From Elsinoe ampelina (Eukaryota), in NCBI GenBank assembly GCA_010093995.1, contig ML992501.1:138560-202559 (forward strand): DNA of 64,000 nt, written 5' to 3'. The position numbers were made by a program, and so were the translations under genes. Below the pieces are notes generated by a model that worked only from the letters and a program-made list of their open reading frames with translations, was not told the origin of the DNA and did not search any database. The first letter of the stretch is position 1. Every line of letters begins with the position of its first letter. Positions 62,814 through 64,000 of the stretch are shown one piece after another.

Positions 62814-63515
62814 CTACCGCTTTGTAGACGCGTGTATTGGCGACCTGACGTTCAGATTGAATTCTCTTGATGATGTCAGGGAAATCTGCTGTCTTTCTGA
62901 TTGCATTGGTGATACCCTGGGAGGGTGGTCTGTTGTCTGATCGTCTGAAGTTGTCATAGCGATGCGTTTCGATGGCCTCGGACGCGAATGGTTGAAGGAA
63001 GGATGGTCTATAGTACTTCCACCCACAGTTGGCAGCGTGTCGGTCTCCGTGATGTCGTGATGATGCGAAGGCTCTTTAGAGGGCCCAGTAGAGGAGCAGT
63101 CCCTGAGGATGTCAGCCATCAAACGACACCTCCGGCAGTACCCTGCCAGCGGTCGCGCCTCCGACGATATGCCCGTCGCTTGTAGCGGCTCTGCGTCTTT
63201 GTATCCGCAGCCTAGACGCCGCCGTAATGCATCCTCTTTGTCATGAATCGTACCTCCTCTTTGTCCGTGATGCTTGACCCAGTCCGTGGCGCCTTCTTGA
63301 AACATCGTAGCATGGTCTGGGTGTGCTGACACTCGTTGACAAGGATCATCTGCTGCTGCAATGGGCCGAAGGTGCAGCAGCTTAGAGTAGCCGATGGTAG
63401 TGCAGAATGGGAGTGGATCGGGCTTAGTCTTGTGTCCTCTGTCGAAGGGGACTGTGCGTGATTTGTGGAAAGGCAGGGCTGGGTGGATCCTGTTGCAGGT
63501 CAGTAGTCGGTGCAA
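62814..63515 (-). other. Orphan ORF or degenerate gene of unknown function
   Basis: A 233-codon open frame with a branch point and acceptor (CTGAC..CAG) near 63490, but no upstream exon in a matching phase and no recognisable domain. Confidence 0.25.
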
Positions 63516-64000
63516 AACAGCAACAGTGACAAGTAGAACCGACGGCCATCATTGATAGGAGCCTGCTCGTAGTCTCGATCTTGAAATCAATGTCATTGGC
63601 ATATACTATCAATGCTGTACTGTGGATATGCTGGTTCATTTGGGGACAGACCCCCTCGCAGATCCACCAGGAGCACTAGACGATGTGGTACAAGTCATTG
63701 ATCCTGCATGATCGCCTCCTGAGCATTTCCCGTGTACAACAGAGCAGCAAGCGACCTGACTACAAAGAGCCCCCTTGTCTCAATGTTCCTCTGCTGTCTT
63801 CATTCCCATCTAACCTCGACGTAATGTGGACAGCATCGACGCGTTCCCCCAACATGGACCTCCAAACACGTCCCGAGGGAGCGTCACATGGAAGAGGGCC
63901 GAGCTTTCCACCCAGCGAGGCTTCCAGAATCACAATAATTGATCTCACTTACGACTCTTCACCTCCTTCTTCACCACCATCAGCACCTTCTTTGTTTCAC

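Noticed and set aside
63945..64000. Possible 3' end of a minus-strand gene (ETKKVLMVVKKEVKSRK*)
   Set aside because: Too short to support from this window.
1..64000. CRISPR arrays, tRNA or rRNA genes, secondary-metabolite clusters and intact transposases
   Set aside because: No repeat-spacer arrays, tRNA cloverleaf or T-loop motifs, PKS/NRPS domains, or transposase/reverse transcriptase motifs were seen.

Overview
This is eukaryotic DNA from a filamentous ascomycete (Pezizomycotina; possibly a Chaetothyriales-type black fungus, which is inference only). The window opens with about 500 bp of AT-rich sequence that looks mutated by repeat-induced point mutation (RIP). It then holds about 23 intron-containing or single-exon housekeeping genes, including nimA, btb3, rpr2, sub2, svl3/pam1, shb17, egd1, vma4, las17/wsp1, tif11, a Dnf1/2 flippase, cnl1, areA, an SRPK-like kinase, an Mpv17 protein, a signal peptide peptidase and a PTH11-like receptor. 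No rRNA, tRNA, CRISPR array or intact transposon was found. The most notable observations are: (1) a nuclear gene for a bacterial-type RnpA-like protein with a mitochondrial presequence-like N-terminus; (2) a single-nucleotide exon needed to rebuild the NAC-beta reading frame; (3) a CAG|GTATGC abutting splice site and GNRA hairpins inside the long sub2 intron; (4) a GC-AG intron in the flippase; (5) a recurrent C-rich to G-rich strand-skew switch every few kb, independent of gene orientation; (6) an inverted decayed kinase copy. Gene models were built by eye from splice consensus and recalled protein homology; no searches were run.
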